In this document: positions 1 to 7,251 of the stretch, in pieces
How positions within the stretch are numbered: the first letter of the stretch is position 1
Layout of the letters: each line of letters begins with the position of its first letter
Virus record (IMG/VR): IMGVR_UViG_3300032236_001081
Span: 1-64,000 of that record
From: a virus
DNA: 64,000 nt
Reading direction: 5' to 3' (one strand)
The notes under the pieces: generated by a model
The model's input: the letters and a program-made list of their open reading frames with translations, nothing else
Told to the model about the DNA's origin: nothing
Databases searched by the model: none
Made by a program: the position numbers and the translations under genes

Positions 1-114
1 AAAATGAATGGTGCAAATGGAGAAGGTGCTACTATTGGTGCAAATGTTGGGGATGGCGTTTCTTTGAATCGTCAAGCATCAGGTTCTAATCAACGTGCTC
101 TGTGTGGTGTATAG
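1..114 (+). CDS. 3' end of a hypothetical protein (truncated by window edge)
   Basis: Frame +1 is open from base 1 to TAG at 112-114 (..GANVGDGVSLNRQASGSNQRALCGV*), just before the first promoter cassette. Confidence 0.6.
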   Translation, partial: KMNGANGEGATIGANVGDGVSLNRQASGSNQRALCGV

Positions 115-147
115 TTTAATTTGTCCCACACGAGTCCAATGATGAGA

Positions 148-205
148 TGTGCCAGTTGTAGCACTGGCACAATAAACGGGCACAGACCCCAATCCGTGCT
201 ATGAT
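148..205 (+). promoter_or_regulatory. Palindrome promoter cassette, copy 1
   Basis: TGTGCCAGT-TGTAGC-ACTGGCACA at 148-171; TGcTATGAT extended -10 at 197-205; no TTGACA. Confidence 0.8.
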
Positions 206-235
206 AAGAGGACACAAGCAAAGGAAAGGAACTTG

Positions 236-409
236 ATGACGACCGCACAAAAGTTGGAAAAAGCATTTCTTTTGAATGTTTTTTCTCTGGTGAATGAAGT
301 TCAAGGTAAGCACAAACTTCCTTCGCAGATTCATTCTAATCGTAAATCAACTTGGGTGAAGCAAAATCATAATCCCAAGCAAAAGAAAGATGCTCTTTCC
401 TGTGTTTGA
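236..409 (+). CDS. Hypothetical early protein, 57 aa (MTTAQKLEKAFLLNV...); not in ORF track
   Basis: ATG at 236 after AAGGAAAGGA Shine-Dalgarno, directly downstream of cassette 1; TGA at 407-409. Confidence 0.7.
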   Translation: MTTAQKLEKAFLLNVFSLVNEVQGKHKLPSQIHSNRKSTWVKQNHNPKQKKDALSCV

Positions 410-437
410 ATTAAACTAATCCATTTCTTTTTCTTTT

Positions 438-638
438 ATGTCTTCTTCTTCCTCTTCTTCTGGTGGTATCGGTTTCACTGGTTTGCTGACTGTATTGTTT
501 GTCGGTCTCAAACTGACTGGTCATATTACTTGGCCTTGGTTGTGGGTATTGTCTCCCATCTGGATTAGTGTTCTGATTGGTATTGCTTTTCTTATTCTTC
601 TTCTTATTGCTGCTATTGTTGCTGGACTCTTCAAATAA
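438..638 (+). CDS. Small membrane protein (phage family resembling TMEM185/Fragile-X-F repeat)
   Basis: Two hydrophobic segments; LKLTGHITWPWLWVLSPIW motif. Confidence 0.7.
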   Translation: MSSSSSSSGGIGFTGLLTVLFVGLKLTGHITWPWLWVLSPIWISVLIGIAFLILLLIAAIVAGLFK

Positions 639-687
639 ACTTCTCTGATTTACAATAACTCTTTACCCACTCATTCTTTCAAATCAA

Positions 688-858
688 ATGCTAGTCAAAA
701 CCACTTTTGATATTCACACTCATCAGCCTGTGTATGCAATCTGTGATGTTAGAAGTAATCAGTGTCTGATGCTTACTACTTCAATCACACAAGCAATCAA
801 AGGGGCACAATGTAAGTCTGCTCATAAAGTTAAAGAGATGCTTTCTAAATCAAACTAA
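688..858 (+). CDS. Hypothetical 56 aa protein, paralogue of 5038-5166; not in ORF track
   Basis: MLVKTTFDIHTHQPVYAICD...LTTSITQAIK aligns with the 5038 ORF. Confidence 0.7.
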   Translation: MLVKTTFDIHTHQPVYAICDVRSNQCLMLTTSITQAIKGAQCKSAHKVKEMLSKSN

Positions 859-872
859 ACTTCAAATGCACA

Positions 873-995
873 ATGAGTAAAGATATGTATCTTATCCTGT
901 TTGTACTTATTGCAATACAAACAGGATTTGCAGTCTCACATAATGCTGATAAATTACTAAAAGAAACTTGTCATTTATCAGTATGTCAGAGATAA
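873..995 (+). CDS. Small hypothetical membrane peptide, 40 aa
   Basis: MSKDMYLILFVLIAIQTGFAV...; fills the gap between neighbours and overlaps the next start. Confidence 0.45.
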   Translation: MSKDMYLILFVLIAIQTGFAVSHNADKLLKETCHLSVCQR

Positions 996-1174
996 CATTT
1001 GCAAAAGGAATTGAAGTTTATTATAATGGAATGTATGGAGTCGTTGATTTCATTTGCGAACAATACATTACAGTTTGTGTAAGAGTAATGAATCATAAAT
1101 CTAGAGATGTGTGTATATTAGTTTATCCAGATAAATTTCATTTAGTAAAACTAGCAAAAGAATCTGAAAAATGA
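983..1174 (+). CDS. Hypothetical protein
   Basis: ORF track 968-1174; first ATG is at 983 (MSEITFAKG). Confidence 0.6.
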   Translation: MSEITFAKGIEVYYNGMYGVVDFICEQYITVCVRVMNHKSRDVCILVYPDKFHLVKLAKESEK

Positions 1175-1281
1175 ATCCTCATATAATCACACTCATAATA
1201 TGGAATTGTAAAATGATGATAGAATGTCCCGGTGATGGTTGGATTCCTGGTCGCGGAAAAATAAAAGAATGCGAATAGAAT

Positions 1282-1341
1282 AGAGACACTTAAACAACTG
1301 GCACACAGGGATCCCCAATCCCCCTGTGGATACCCTATAAT
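1282..1341 (+). promoter_or_regulatory. Degenerate palindrome promoter cassette, copy 2
   Basis: GACACTTAAACAACTGGCACA with right arm intact, ending at 1305; TATAAT at 1336-1341; GAGGAGG Shine-Dalgarno downstream. Confidence 0.6.
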
Positions 1342-1369
1342 ACATTCATACACAGAGGAGGTTCTCCAA

Positions 1370-1807
1370 ATGGTTCGCGTGGTCTACAACAGTTGCTACG
1401 GTGGGTTCGGTCTTTCCAAAGAAGCATGTCAGCGTTACTGGGACATCAAAGGTCAACAAGTTTGGATTGAAAATGATACTCAGTTCAAATCACTGGAACT
1501 ATTCACTGTTTGGTTGGTTGCACCAGAAGACCGTATTCCAGCAAAAGATAGAGATGAGTTTTGTGCTATGACTATGGATGAACGGGTTGCTTACAATCAA
1601 GCATATTCCAAACAAACTTGGTATTATAATAATGTTGATCGACATGATCCTGTTCTGGTTCAAGTTGTAGAAGAACTTGGAAAGAAAGCAAATGGAAGTT
1701 TTGCAAATCTACAAATTGAAGAGGTTGATGGTCCTTATCGTATTGATGAGTATGATGGCAACGAATCAGTACAAACTGCTGGTTCTTATGATTGGATTAC
1801 CCCATGA
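1370..1807 (+). CDS. Conserved phage hypothetical protein
   Basis: NSCYGGFGLS...RHDPVLVQVVEELG...EYDGNE pattern of a widespread phage family; strong Shine-Dalgarno. Confidence 0.8.
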   Translation: MVRVVYNSCYGGFGLSKEACQRYWDIKGQQVWIENDTQFKSLELFTVWLVAPEDRIPAKDRDEFCAMTMDERVAYNQAYSKQTWYYNNVDRHDPVLVQVVEELGKKANGSFANLQIEEVDGPYRIDEYDGNESVQTAGSYDWITP

Positions 1808-2142
1808 ATAAACTTCTATTCCTTCTTCTACTTCTACCTACTCCTGTATTTGCAGCACCATTCAAGTATCAAACTCCTTGTACTTTAGATTCACAAAACA
1901 CTCTTACAGAAGATGTATGTACTGTGGTTGAAGTTCGGGAGAAAGGTGGAGCACTCAAATCACGCAACATCTATTCAAATAAGTTCTCATTGACGGTTAA
2001 AATGACCTATAACAAGGAGAAAGGATTTATGACATGGGATTCATTCAATAAGATTGAATACTCTTGGGAGTACAAAATAGACCCACTCAAGGGCACATTA
2101 GTAATGCCTGGGTTGTATGTTAAAGAAGTTTCCTGGGATTAA
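1804..2142 (+). CDS. Hypothetical exported protein with signal peptide
   Basis: MNKLLFLLLLLPTPVFA^A signal-like N-terminus; ATGA overlap with upstream stop. Confidence 0.7.
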   Translation: MNKLLFLLLLLPTPVFAAPFKYQTPCTLDSQNTLTEDVCTVVEVREKGGALKSRNIYSNKFSLTVKMTYNKEKGFMTWDSFNKIEYSWEYKIDPLKGTLVMPGLYVKEVSWD

Positions 2143-2152
2143 GTGATACTAC

Positions 2153-2211
2153 TGTGCCAGTTGTAAAGGTGGCATACTATATCCCCAAACCACACTAAAG
2201 CCTGCTATAAT
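2153..2211 (+). promoter_or_regulatory. Palindrome promoter cassette, copy 3
   Basis: TGTGCCAGTTGTAAAGGTGGCATA at 2153-2176; TGcTATAAT at 2203-2211; downstream GGACACAAGCAAAGGAAA is identical to copy 1. Confidence 0.8.
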
Positions 2212-2238
2212 AAGGGGACACAAGCAAAGGAAACCAAA

Positions 2239-2514
2239 GTGAATCTTAACAATCTCTTTCCTTATGTTGATATTGATGAAAGTTCTTTGGGTGAAAGTAC
2301 CTCTAAGTTCATTAAAATCTCATTAGACAACAAAGAAGATTGGTCCTACGGAATATATCACAACTCACGCTATGCTATATTTTGTATAAGGGATGAAAAG
2401 ATGGAACTTATAACAAAGCATTTCAATATGCCAAAGTTCAGAAAGTGTAATGTCAAGAGTGATGCTGATGTTGCGAATAAACTGATTAAGTATCATTCTT
2501 TATCTAATGGATGA
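2239..2514 (+). CDS. Hypothetical early protein (GTG start)
   Basis: Single-gene module between cassettes 3 and 4, with AAGGA Shine-Dalgarno. Confidence 0.7.
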   Translation: MNLNNLFPYVDIDESSLGESTSKFIKISLDNKEDWSYGIYHNSRYAIFCIRDEKMELITKHFNMPKFRKCNVKSDADVANKLIKYHSLSNG

Positions 2515-2528
2515 GTTAGTATAGTCGG

Positions 2529-2587
2529 TGTGCCAGTTGTAGCACTGGCACATAACACTCCCAAACCCCACCAATCCGTGCTATGAT
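2529..2587 (+). promoter_or_regulatory. Palindrome promoter cassette, copy 4
   Basis: TGTGCCAGTTGTAGCACTGGCACA at 2529-2552 (identical to copy 1); CCAATCCGTGCTATGAT also identical to copy 1. Confidence 0.85.
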
Positions 2588-2610
2588 TACGGAGTAATCA
2601 AGACAAAACG

Positions 2611-2817
2611 ATGAAGTTTCAAGTTACTGAAATTGAGTTTGATTTCACCACCGATGATGGTGAGTATGAACTTCAACTTTCCAAACAAAAACAAATCACT
2701 GCTGACACAATCGGTCAAATCTGGGATGCTGATGATGAAGATGATTTAGTAGAAGAAATTACTTGTGCCACTGGTTGGTGCATTAAGTCTATTGATTATC
2801 GTTACATTCTTTCCTGA
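2611..2817 (+). CDS. Acidic hypothetical protein
   Basis: ORF track; first gene after cassette 4. Confidence 0.75.
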   Translation: MKFQVTEIEFDFTTDDGEYELQLSKQKQITADTIGQIWDADDEDDLVEEITCATGWCIKSIDYRYILS

Positions 2818-2842
2818 ACCTCCAAACAAACAACAAAAACCA

Positions 2843-3007
2843 ATGATAACCTTCAACTACACCGTTGCTCTTTATCGTTTTGCTTATGGTGTAGTTAGTA
2901 TGTCCGAACAAGACAACATTCGGTATAGTTATGGTGAGTGCCTTGATTGTAACATTGGAATTGATATTTTTCATAATAATGTAAACCGTGCCCTGTGCGC
3001 CATCTAA
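2843..3007 (+). CDS. Hypothetical protein
   Basis: ATG at 2843 after an A/C-rich leader; stop shared with ORF track 2765-3007. Confidence 0.55.
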   Translation: MITFNYTVALYRFAYGVVSMSEQDNIRYSYGECLDCNIGIDIFHNNVNRALCAI

Positions 3008-3030
3008 TTCTCCCCACAACAAACAAACAA

Positions 3031-3264
3031 ATGATTCTTGACATTTTTCATTACACCACTTCTCGTTGGGATTGGCAGAATGGTGATGTAAACCAAATGT
3101 GGATTCAAGAGATTGAAGAAGCACCTGATTGTTATAGTTACATTGCTGTTGCTTACAATCCTCGCAAGGATACAAGTATGGTGATGTCTAATCCTCGTGG
3201 GTATTTTGATACTCTACAATGGATTCAAAACTTCTGTGGTTCATTCTCTCTTCTTCCTAACTGA
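3031..3264 (+). CDS. Hypothetical protein
   Basis: ATG at 3031 after AACAAACAAACAA leader (MILDIFHYTTSRWDW). Confidence 0.7.
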   Translation: MILDIFHYTTSRWDWQNGDVNQMWIQEIEEAPDCYSYIAVAYNPRKDTSMVMSNPRGYFDTLQWIQNFCGSFSLLPN

Positions 3265-3290
3265 TAATTCTAAACTCAATAAACACACAA

Positions 3291-3491
3291 ATGAACTATC
3301 AAACCGAAAAAACAATCAAAGAAGTTGCGGTTTATGCTTTGACTTGGGGTGTGATTATGTTACTTCTTGTTTTTAGTGTAGTTCTCACTAAACACGAGAA
3401 TGTTGGAATTGAGGCAAGATGTCAAGCAGCAGGTGGGCAAGTATTACAATCACAAGGGAATATCAGTAAGTGCCTTCTACCTGTCAAATAG
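3291..3491 (+). CDS. Small membrane protein
   Basis: One transmembrane segment, then C-x3-GG...C. Confidence 0.7.
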   Translation: MNYQTEKTIKEVAVYALTWGVIMLLLVFSVVLTKHENVGIEARCQAAGGQVLQSQGNISKCLLPVK

Positions 3492-3515
3492 TTCTATCCA
3501 CAATCAACAAACAAA

Positions 3516-3806
3516 ATGAAAAAGTACGAACAACTGGAATCTCAGATTCAAGAACTTCAGAAAGAAGTTGAAAGACTGAAACAAGAAGAAACCGAAAATA
3601 AACTTCCTAATCTCTTTAAGATTGATGATGTAAAAAAACTACTTGATACTGGTGAACTTGAATACATTGAGTATGCCTTTGATTGGTCTGATACTTCACA
3701 AGGTTTTGGCTATTGGTATAGCATCTTTTGTGCGGATGAACCACTAACTGATAAGGACATCATTCAACTTCAAAAGTGGGTGATTATCTATCTGGAACAA
3801 AAGTAA
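3516..3806 (+). CDS. Hypothetical protein with N-terminal coiled coil; paralogue of 4261-4728
   Basis: MKKYEQLESQIQELQKEVERLKQEE; C-terminal DTxQGxxYW...QKWVI shared with the paralogue. Confidence 0.8.
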   Translation: MKKYEQLESQIQELQKEVERLKQEETENKLPNLFKIDDVKKLLDTGELEYIEYAFDWSDTSQGFGYWYSIFCADEPLTDKDIIQLQKWVIIYLEQK

Positions 3807-3839
3807 AAGTAATTTTATCTCTTTCTACACACAAAACAA

Positions 3840-4214
3840 ATGAAAATTCACAAAAATCGCATCATTAGTATGAATGGTGATGTATTTGGTCATTTTATTC
3901 TTCATACCATTGCCCTGATGGGTAATAAAGGTTTCGAAATTGCCAATCCGGATATTGAAGAATATGATGTGTCTCTGACAATCAATGGCGTAGAGATTCC
4001 AGTGGAAGAAGTTATTATGAGTTGGCACGATAAACTTGATAATAGTGTGGAATATCGCTCCGAACAACTTTTTTACGAAAAGTTTAATGATGTTGGGAAA
4101 ATCTATAGAAATCTTGCTGATGAAATTCGCATTATGATGAACGATATGATGAACGATGCACAACTGGAAATTTGCAATAAACTGAATATCGAATACAATC
4201 CTATTGATCTGTGA
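3840..4214 (+). CDS. Hypothetical protein
   Basis: ORF track; A/C-rich leader. Confidence 0.7.
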   Translation: MKIHKNRIISMNGDVFGHFILHTIALMGNKGFEIANPDIEEYDVSLTINGVEIPVEEVIMSWHDKLDNSVEYRSEQLFYEKFNDVGKIYRNLADEIRIMMNDMMNDAQLEICNKLNIEYNPIDL

Positions 4215-4260
4215 TTTTCTATTAAAAACACTCATTTATCCAACACAACTAACAAACAAA

Positions 4261-4728
4261 ATGAAAAAGTACGAACAACTGGAATCACAGATTCAAGAAC
4301 TTCAAGCAGAAGTTGAAAGACTGAAACAAGAAGAAAAGGCAGAACAAATTGATCTTTCAACTTGTATTATGGGTCAATTAGTTCAACTTCGCAATGGTAA
4401 TTTTGAGTATTACGAACGTAAAAATAGTGCAGGTTTTTATGTTGTTGGTGGTGATTATTATAAGCAGGATGGAAGTTATCATAGTCACTTAACTACTTTC
4501 TATGATGTAGTCAAAGTATTTCCTGTGGAGATTCCGGTTCCTGATTCATTTAATGTTTCTCGTGCCAAGGAAGTTCTAAAAGGAGATATTTCTTTTCTTG
4601 GCTATTCATTTAATTTTGTTGACACTCCACAAGGAGTTCAATACTGGAAAGATATTTACGAGGGTAAAACTAATCTCTCTTTTGGTGATATGATTTTCAT
4701 TCAGAAGTGGGTAATTCAATATTGGTGA
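4261..4728 (+). CDS. Hypothetical protein; paralogue of 3516-3806 with an extra central domain
   Basis: Start placed at ATG 4261 by identity with the 3516 start region. Confidence 0.8.
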   Translation: MKKYEQLESQIQELQAEVERLKQEEKAEQIDLSTCIMGQLVQLRNGNFEYYERKNSAGFYVVGGDYYKQDGSYHSHLTTFYDVVKVFPVEIPVPDSFNVSRAKEVLKGDISFLGYSFNFVDTPQGVQYWKDIYEGKTNLSFGDMIFIQKWVIQYW

Positions 4729-4778
4729 ACGGTTAGCATACATAAGGGATGCTGATGTCTCTAACAACCGTAGACCCC

Positions 4779-4807
4779 TTGACAACCACCCCCAAAGGTG
4801 CTATGAT
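4779..4807 (+). promoter_or_regulatory. sigma70-type early promoter
   Basis: TTGACA (4779-4784), 17 bp, TATGAT (4802-4807), with TG extension. Confidence 0.85.
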
Positions 4808-4831
4808 AAGGGGACAGACAAACAAAGGCAA

Positions 4832-5005
4832 ATGAGTGAGTTTCAAAAAATCATTCAAGAAGCAAACTTTCAATCAAACTCAAAGAACCAATTTATTCAA
4901 GAACTTTTGAAAGATAAAGTGTTCTGTTCATTGATGATTGAATCTTGTTTGATTGGATTTGTAGATGGTGTGGTAGAAGCTATATTTCCCGATAAAGATA
5001 ACTAA
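4832..5005 (+). CDS. Hypothetical 57 aa protein; not in ORF track
   Basis: ATG at 4832 directly after the promoter; MSEFQKIIQEANFQ... Confidence 0.65.
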   Translation: MSEFQKIIQEANFQSNSKNQFIQELLKDKVFCSLMIESCLIGFVDGVVEAIFPDKDN

Positions 5006-5037
5006 TCTCTCACTCTCACTCACTTAAAACACTCTAA

Positions 5038-5166
5038 ATGACAACTCGTTTCACTTACGACATTCAAACTCAACAACTTGTTTATGCTATTGTTGATAAA
5101 GATGGTACTTGTGTGTATATGACTACTTCTATTGTTGATGCTATCAAACTCACTCAACAGAACTGA
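5038..5166 (+). CDS. Hypothetical 42 aa protein, paralogue of 688-858; not in ORF track
   Basis: MTTRFTYDIQTQQLVYAIVD...MTTSIVDAIK. Confidence 0.7.
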   Translation: MTTRFTYDIQTQQLVYAIVDKDGTCVYMTTSIVDAIKLTQQN

Positions 5167-5167
5167 A

Positions 5168-5479
5168 ATGACTATCACCGCAAACGAACTTCTTCAACTC
5201 TTCGATAAAGTTCAAACACTTGGTTATACTTATGAAAGGTATCAAGATGAAGATGGTGGTTATACAATTCTAATTCGGTATTGGGATAAAAGAAAAACGA
5301 CTGTAGAACTTTATATTAGTAAAAACTCCGATAGGTGGAATGGTAATAATGAGTATGCTGAATTCAATGAAGTGATGGAAGACCTTGATAGTCAACTAGA
5401 AGCAAGGGTGATTGATAAAGAGAAAGAAGAACGATTCGAACAGTATCTGAAACTAAAAGAGGAGTTTGCAAATGACTGA
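5168..5479 (+). CDS. Hypothetical protein
   Basis: ATG at 5168, one base after the upstream stop; shares an EYAxFxxVMEDLDxQLxARV block with the next gene. Confidence 0.75.
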   Translation: MTITANELLQLFDKVQTLGYTYERYQDEDGGYTILIRYWDKRKTTVELYISKNSDRWNGNNEYAEFNEVMEDLDSQLEARVIDKEKEERFEQYLKLKEEFAND

Positions 5480-5798
5480 CGAACAAATCCTAAAAAATGT
5501 AAAAGAATACTGGATTAACAAATTATCTACAATAAGTCCTTCTTATGATTTTGAATCTTATATGTATCAATTATTTCTTAGATTTGCATCTTTAGAAGAA
5601 CTAGAAGGAAACTATGTTCTTTATAGCACACTCAAGAAAATTGAAACTTATCAAGAACTACAAAATGATGAGTATGCTGATTTTTATTATGTGATGGAAG
5701 ATTTAGATAGACAACTAAACGCAAGAGTGAAGGAGTTTATAGATGTAAGTATAAGTCGCAAGGCACAAGAGTTACTTCAATCTAACAAACTTTCATAA
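5472..5798 (+). CDS. Hypothetical, apparently chimeric protein
   Basis: Starts MTDEQIL like 5807; C-terminal block like 5168. Confidence 0.7.
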   Translation: MTDEQILKNVKEYWINKLSTISPSYDFESYMYQLFLRFASLEELEGNYVLYSTLKKIETYQELQNDEYADFYYVMEDLDRQLNARVKEFIDVSISRKAQELLQSNKLS

Positions 5799-5806
5799 AC
5801 AAACTT

Positions 5807-6004
5807 ATGACTGACGAACAAATCCTGCAAATGGTAAAAGAACATTTCATAGAGGAGGAGGTTGATGAGGATGGTGATTGTTGGATTGAATTTGCCGGAA
5901 AACCAAATGCCTTCTTAAAGTTTGCCAGAGCAATGTATGAGAAAGGCAATCGAGAAGGATATGCTGAAGGATGTATTGATGCTTATAATGAATACAACAC
6001 ATAA
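5807..6004 (+). CDS. Hypothetical protein
   Basis: ORF track; MTDEQILQMVKEHF. Confidence 0.75.
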   Translation: MTDEQILQMVKEHFIEEEVDEDGDCWIEFAGKPNAFLKFARAMYEKGNREGYAEGCIDAYNEYNT

Positions 6005-6028
6005 ACTTAATTCACTTACTAAACTGAA

Positions 6029-6127
6029 ATGAAAAGGAAGGAAAAGTTCAAGCTATTAAACAAAGCACAAGATGGTAATGAGTTAATACTGATTGCTTAT
6101 GCTATTGTTGTCTCTCAAGGTAAATGA
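6029..6127 (+). CDS. Hypothetical 32 aa peptide, similar to 7252-7404
   Basis: KLLNKAQDGNELILIAYAI vs SMLRKGQNGNQILDILNAI. Confidence 0.55.
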   Translation: MKRKEKFKLLNKAQDGNELILIAYAIVVSQGK

Positions 6128-6128
6128 A

Positions 6129-6344
6129 ATGAGCTTTGATTATGATAGGTTTTTACATGATGCAAATGCAAGTTTTATTACTCATGTAGGTGATTTAAGG
6201 TATGGTCAGTATTTGATGAATGAGCTTAATCAACAGTATCCAGAGGTGAGTATTCCAGAGGAGTATGATTGCTTCTATGATAATGATAAAGTTCCTGATT
6301 TCTTGAGGTATATTTCTCAGTATCAATCTATGGGACACATTTGA
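6129..6344 (+). CDS. Hypothetical protein
   Basis: ATG at 6129; LRYGQxxxNxL...DxFYD pattern seen in phage small proteins. Confidence 0.7.
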   Translation: MSFDYDRFLHDANASFITHVGDLRYGQYLMNELNQQYPEVSIPEEYDCFYDNDKVPDFLRYISQYQSMGHI

Positions 6345-6534
6345 ATGAATGTAGTGTAGAATACATTATTTGATGGTTCAAATATGCTATTTGAAACTAT
6401 CATAAATAGACTCTTTTTATGTTGGTATCGTAATAATAATATACAATAAAAAGGTTTAAATAAATATAGTCCTTTGTTCTATTGTTATTACTATTGCTTA
6501 TCTAAAAAGAGGTATTGTTCAGTATGTCTTAAGT

Positions 6535-6592
6535 CTTATTAGCTACTCATTTCTTATGTTCTTATCCCTTATTAGCTACTCATTGCTTATGT
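6535..6592 (+). repeat. 25-bp direct repeat, 2 copies, period 33
   Basis: CTTATTAGCTACTCATT(T/G)CTTATGT at 6535-6559 and 6568-6592. Confidence 0.85.
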
Positions 6593-6641
6593 GTTGATAT
6601 CTCATTTAATGCTCTTATTTCTAGCCGTCTAGGCCCGCATA

Positions 6642-6670
6642 AGTATACCACACCTCTCAAAATTTGTCAA
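6642..6670 (-). promoter_or_regulatory. Minus-strand sigma70-type promoter firing into non-coding DNA
   Basis: Reverse complement reads TTGACA-17 bp-TATACT with TG extension. Confidence 0.75.
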
Positions 6671-6739
6671 CCCCCGAAATCCGAGTTATCAGGATTACTT
6701 ATGAGAGACCCACCAATCTTCAGTAAGACTTATAGCTCA

Positions 6740-6797
6740 TGTGCCACTTGTAGAGCTGGCACAGTAAACGGGCACAGCGCCTAAAATGTGGTATTCT
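6740..6797 (+). promoter_or_regulatory. Palindrome promoter cassette, copy 5
   Basis: TGTGCCACTTGTAGAGCTGGCACA at 6740-6763, then GTAAACGGGCACAG, then TGgTATTCT. Confidence 0.8.
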
Positions 6798-6851
6798 TAA
6801 GGAGTGGGAGGAGCAAGTCCCACATTAGTCTCAATCTTTATTCTTTTCATC

Positions 6852-7115
6852 ATGAACGACGACTACAAATTCAACTCTAACAACAGCAACAAACTTCCTT
6901 CTGAGATTGATACTTTAGATGATGCGATTGCTTATCTACAAGTGGCACGAGAGACTATGGGTGGAAATGCTAAGTTTCGTATGGTAGCTGATGGTGAAGA
7001 GACTGATACTGATTGCTATTACCGAGTTAACGATGTAGTGCTCACTGGCAATAAGTCTCTGATGGCAAAGTCTCGTTTTAATGATAACAGAGATTATGTT
7101 CTGTTTCTTTACTGA
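6852..7115 (+). CDS. Hypothetical protein
   Basis: ATG at 6852 (MNDDYKF); single-gene module between cassettes 5 and 6. Confidence 0.7.
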   Translation: MNDDYKFNSNNSNKLPSEIDTLDDAIAYLQVARETMGGNAKFRMVADGEETDTDCYYRVNDVVLTGNKSLMAKSRFNDNRDYVLFLY

Positions 7116-7139
7116 ATCTCACAGTAAGTCTCAGACACT

Positions 7140-7197
7140 TGTGCCACTTGTAGAACTGGCACAGTAAACGGGCACAGACGCCAAATTGTGCTATTCT
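7140..7197 (+). promoter_or_regulatory. Palindrome promoter cassette, copy 6
   Basis: TGTGCCACTTGTAGAACTGGCACAGTAAACGGGCACAG, 400 bp after copy 5; TGcTATTCT. Confidence 0.8.
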
Positions 7198-7251
7198 AAG
7201 GGGGTGGAGGGACGCCCCCAACACATTCAATACACCAAATTAACCAACACA

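Noticed and set aside
116-4235. Minus-strand ORFs 116-334, 1138-1353, 2789-3175 and 3825-4235
   Set aside because: They overlap better-supported plus-strand genes or promoter cassettes and have no recognisable motifs
148-7197. Palindromes as integron attC sites or sigma54 promoters (TGGCAC)
   Set aside because: No RYYYAAC/GTTRRRY ends and no integrase; no -12 TTGC element; fixed spacing to a sigma70-type -10 fits an upstream protein site better
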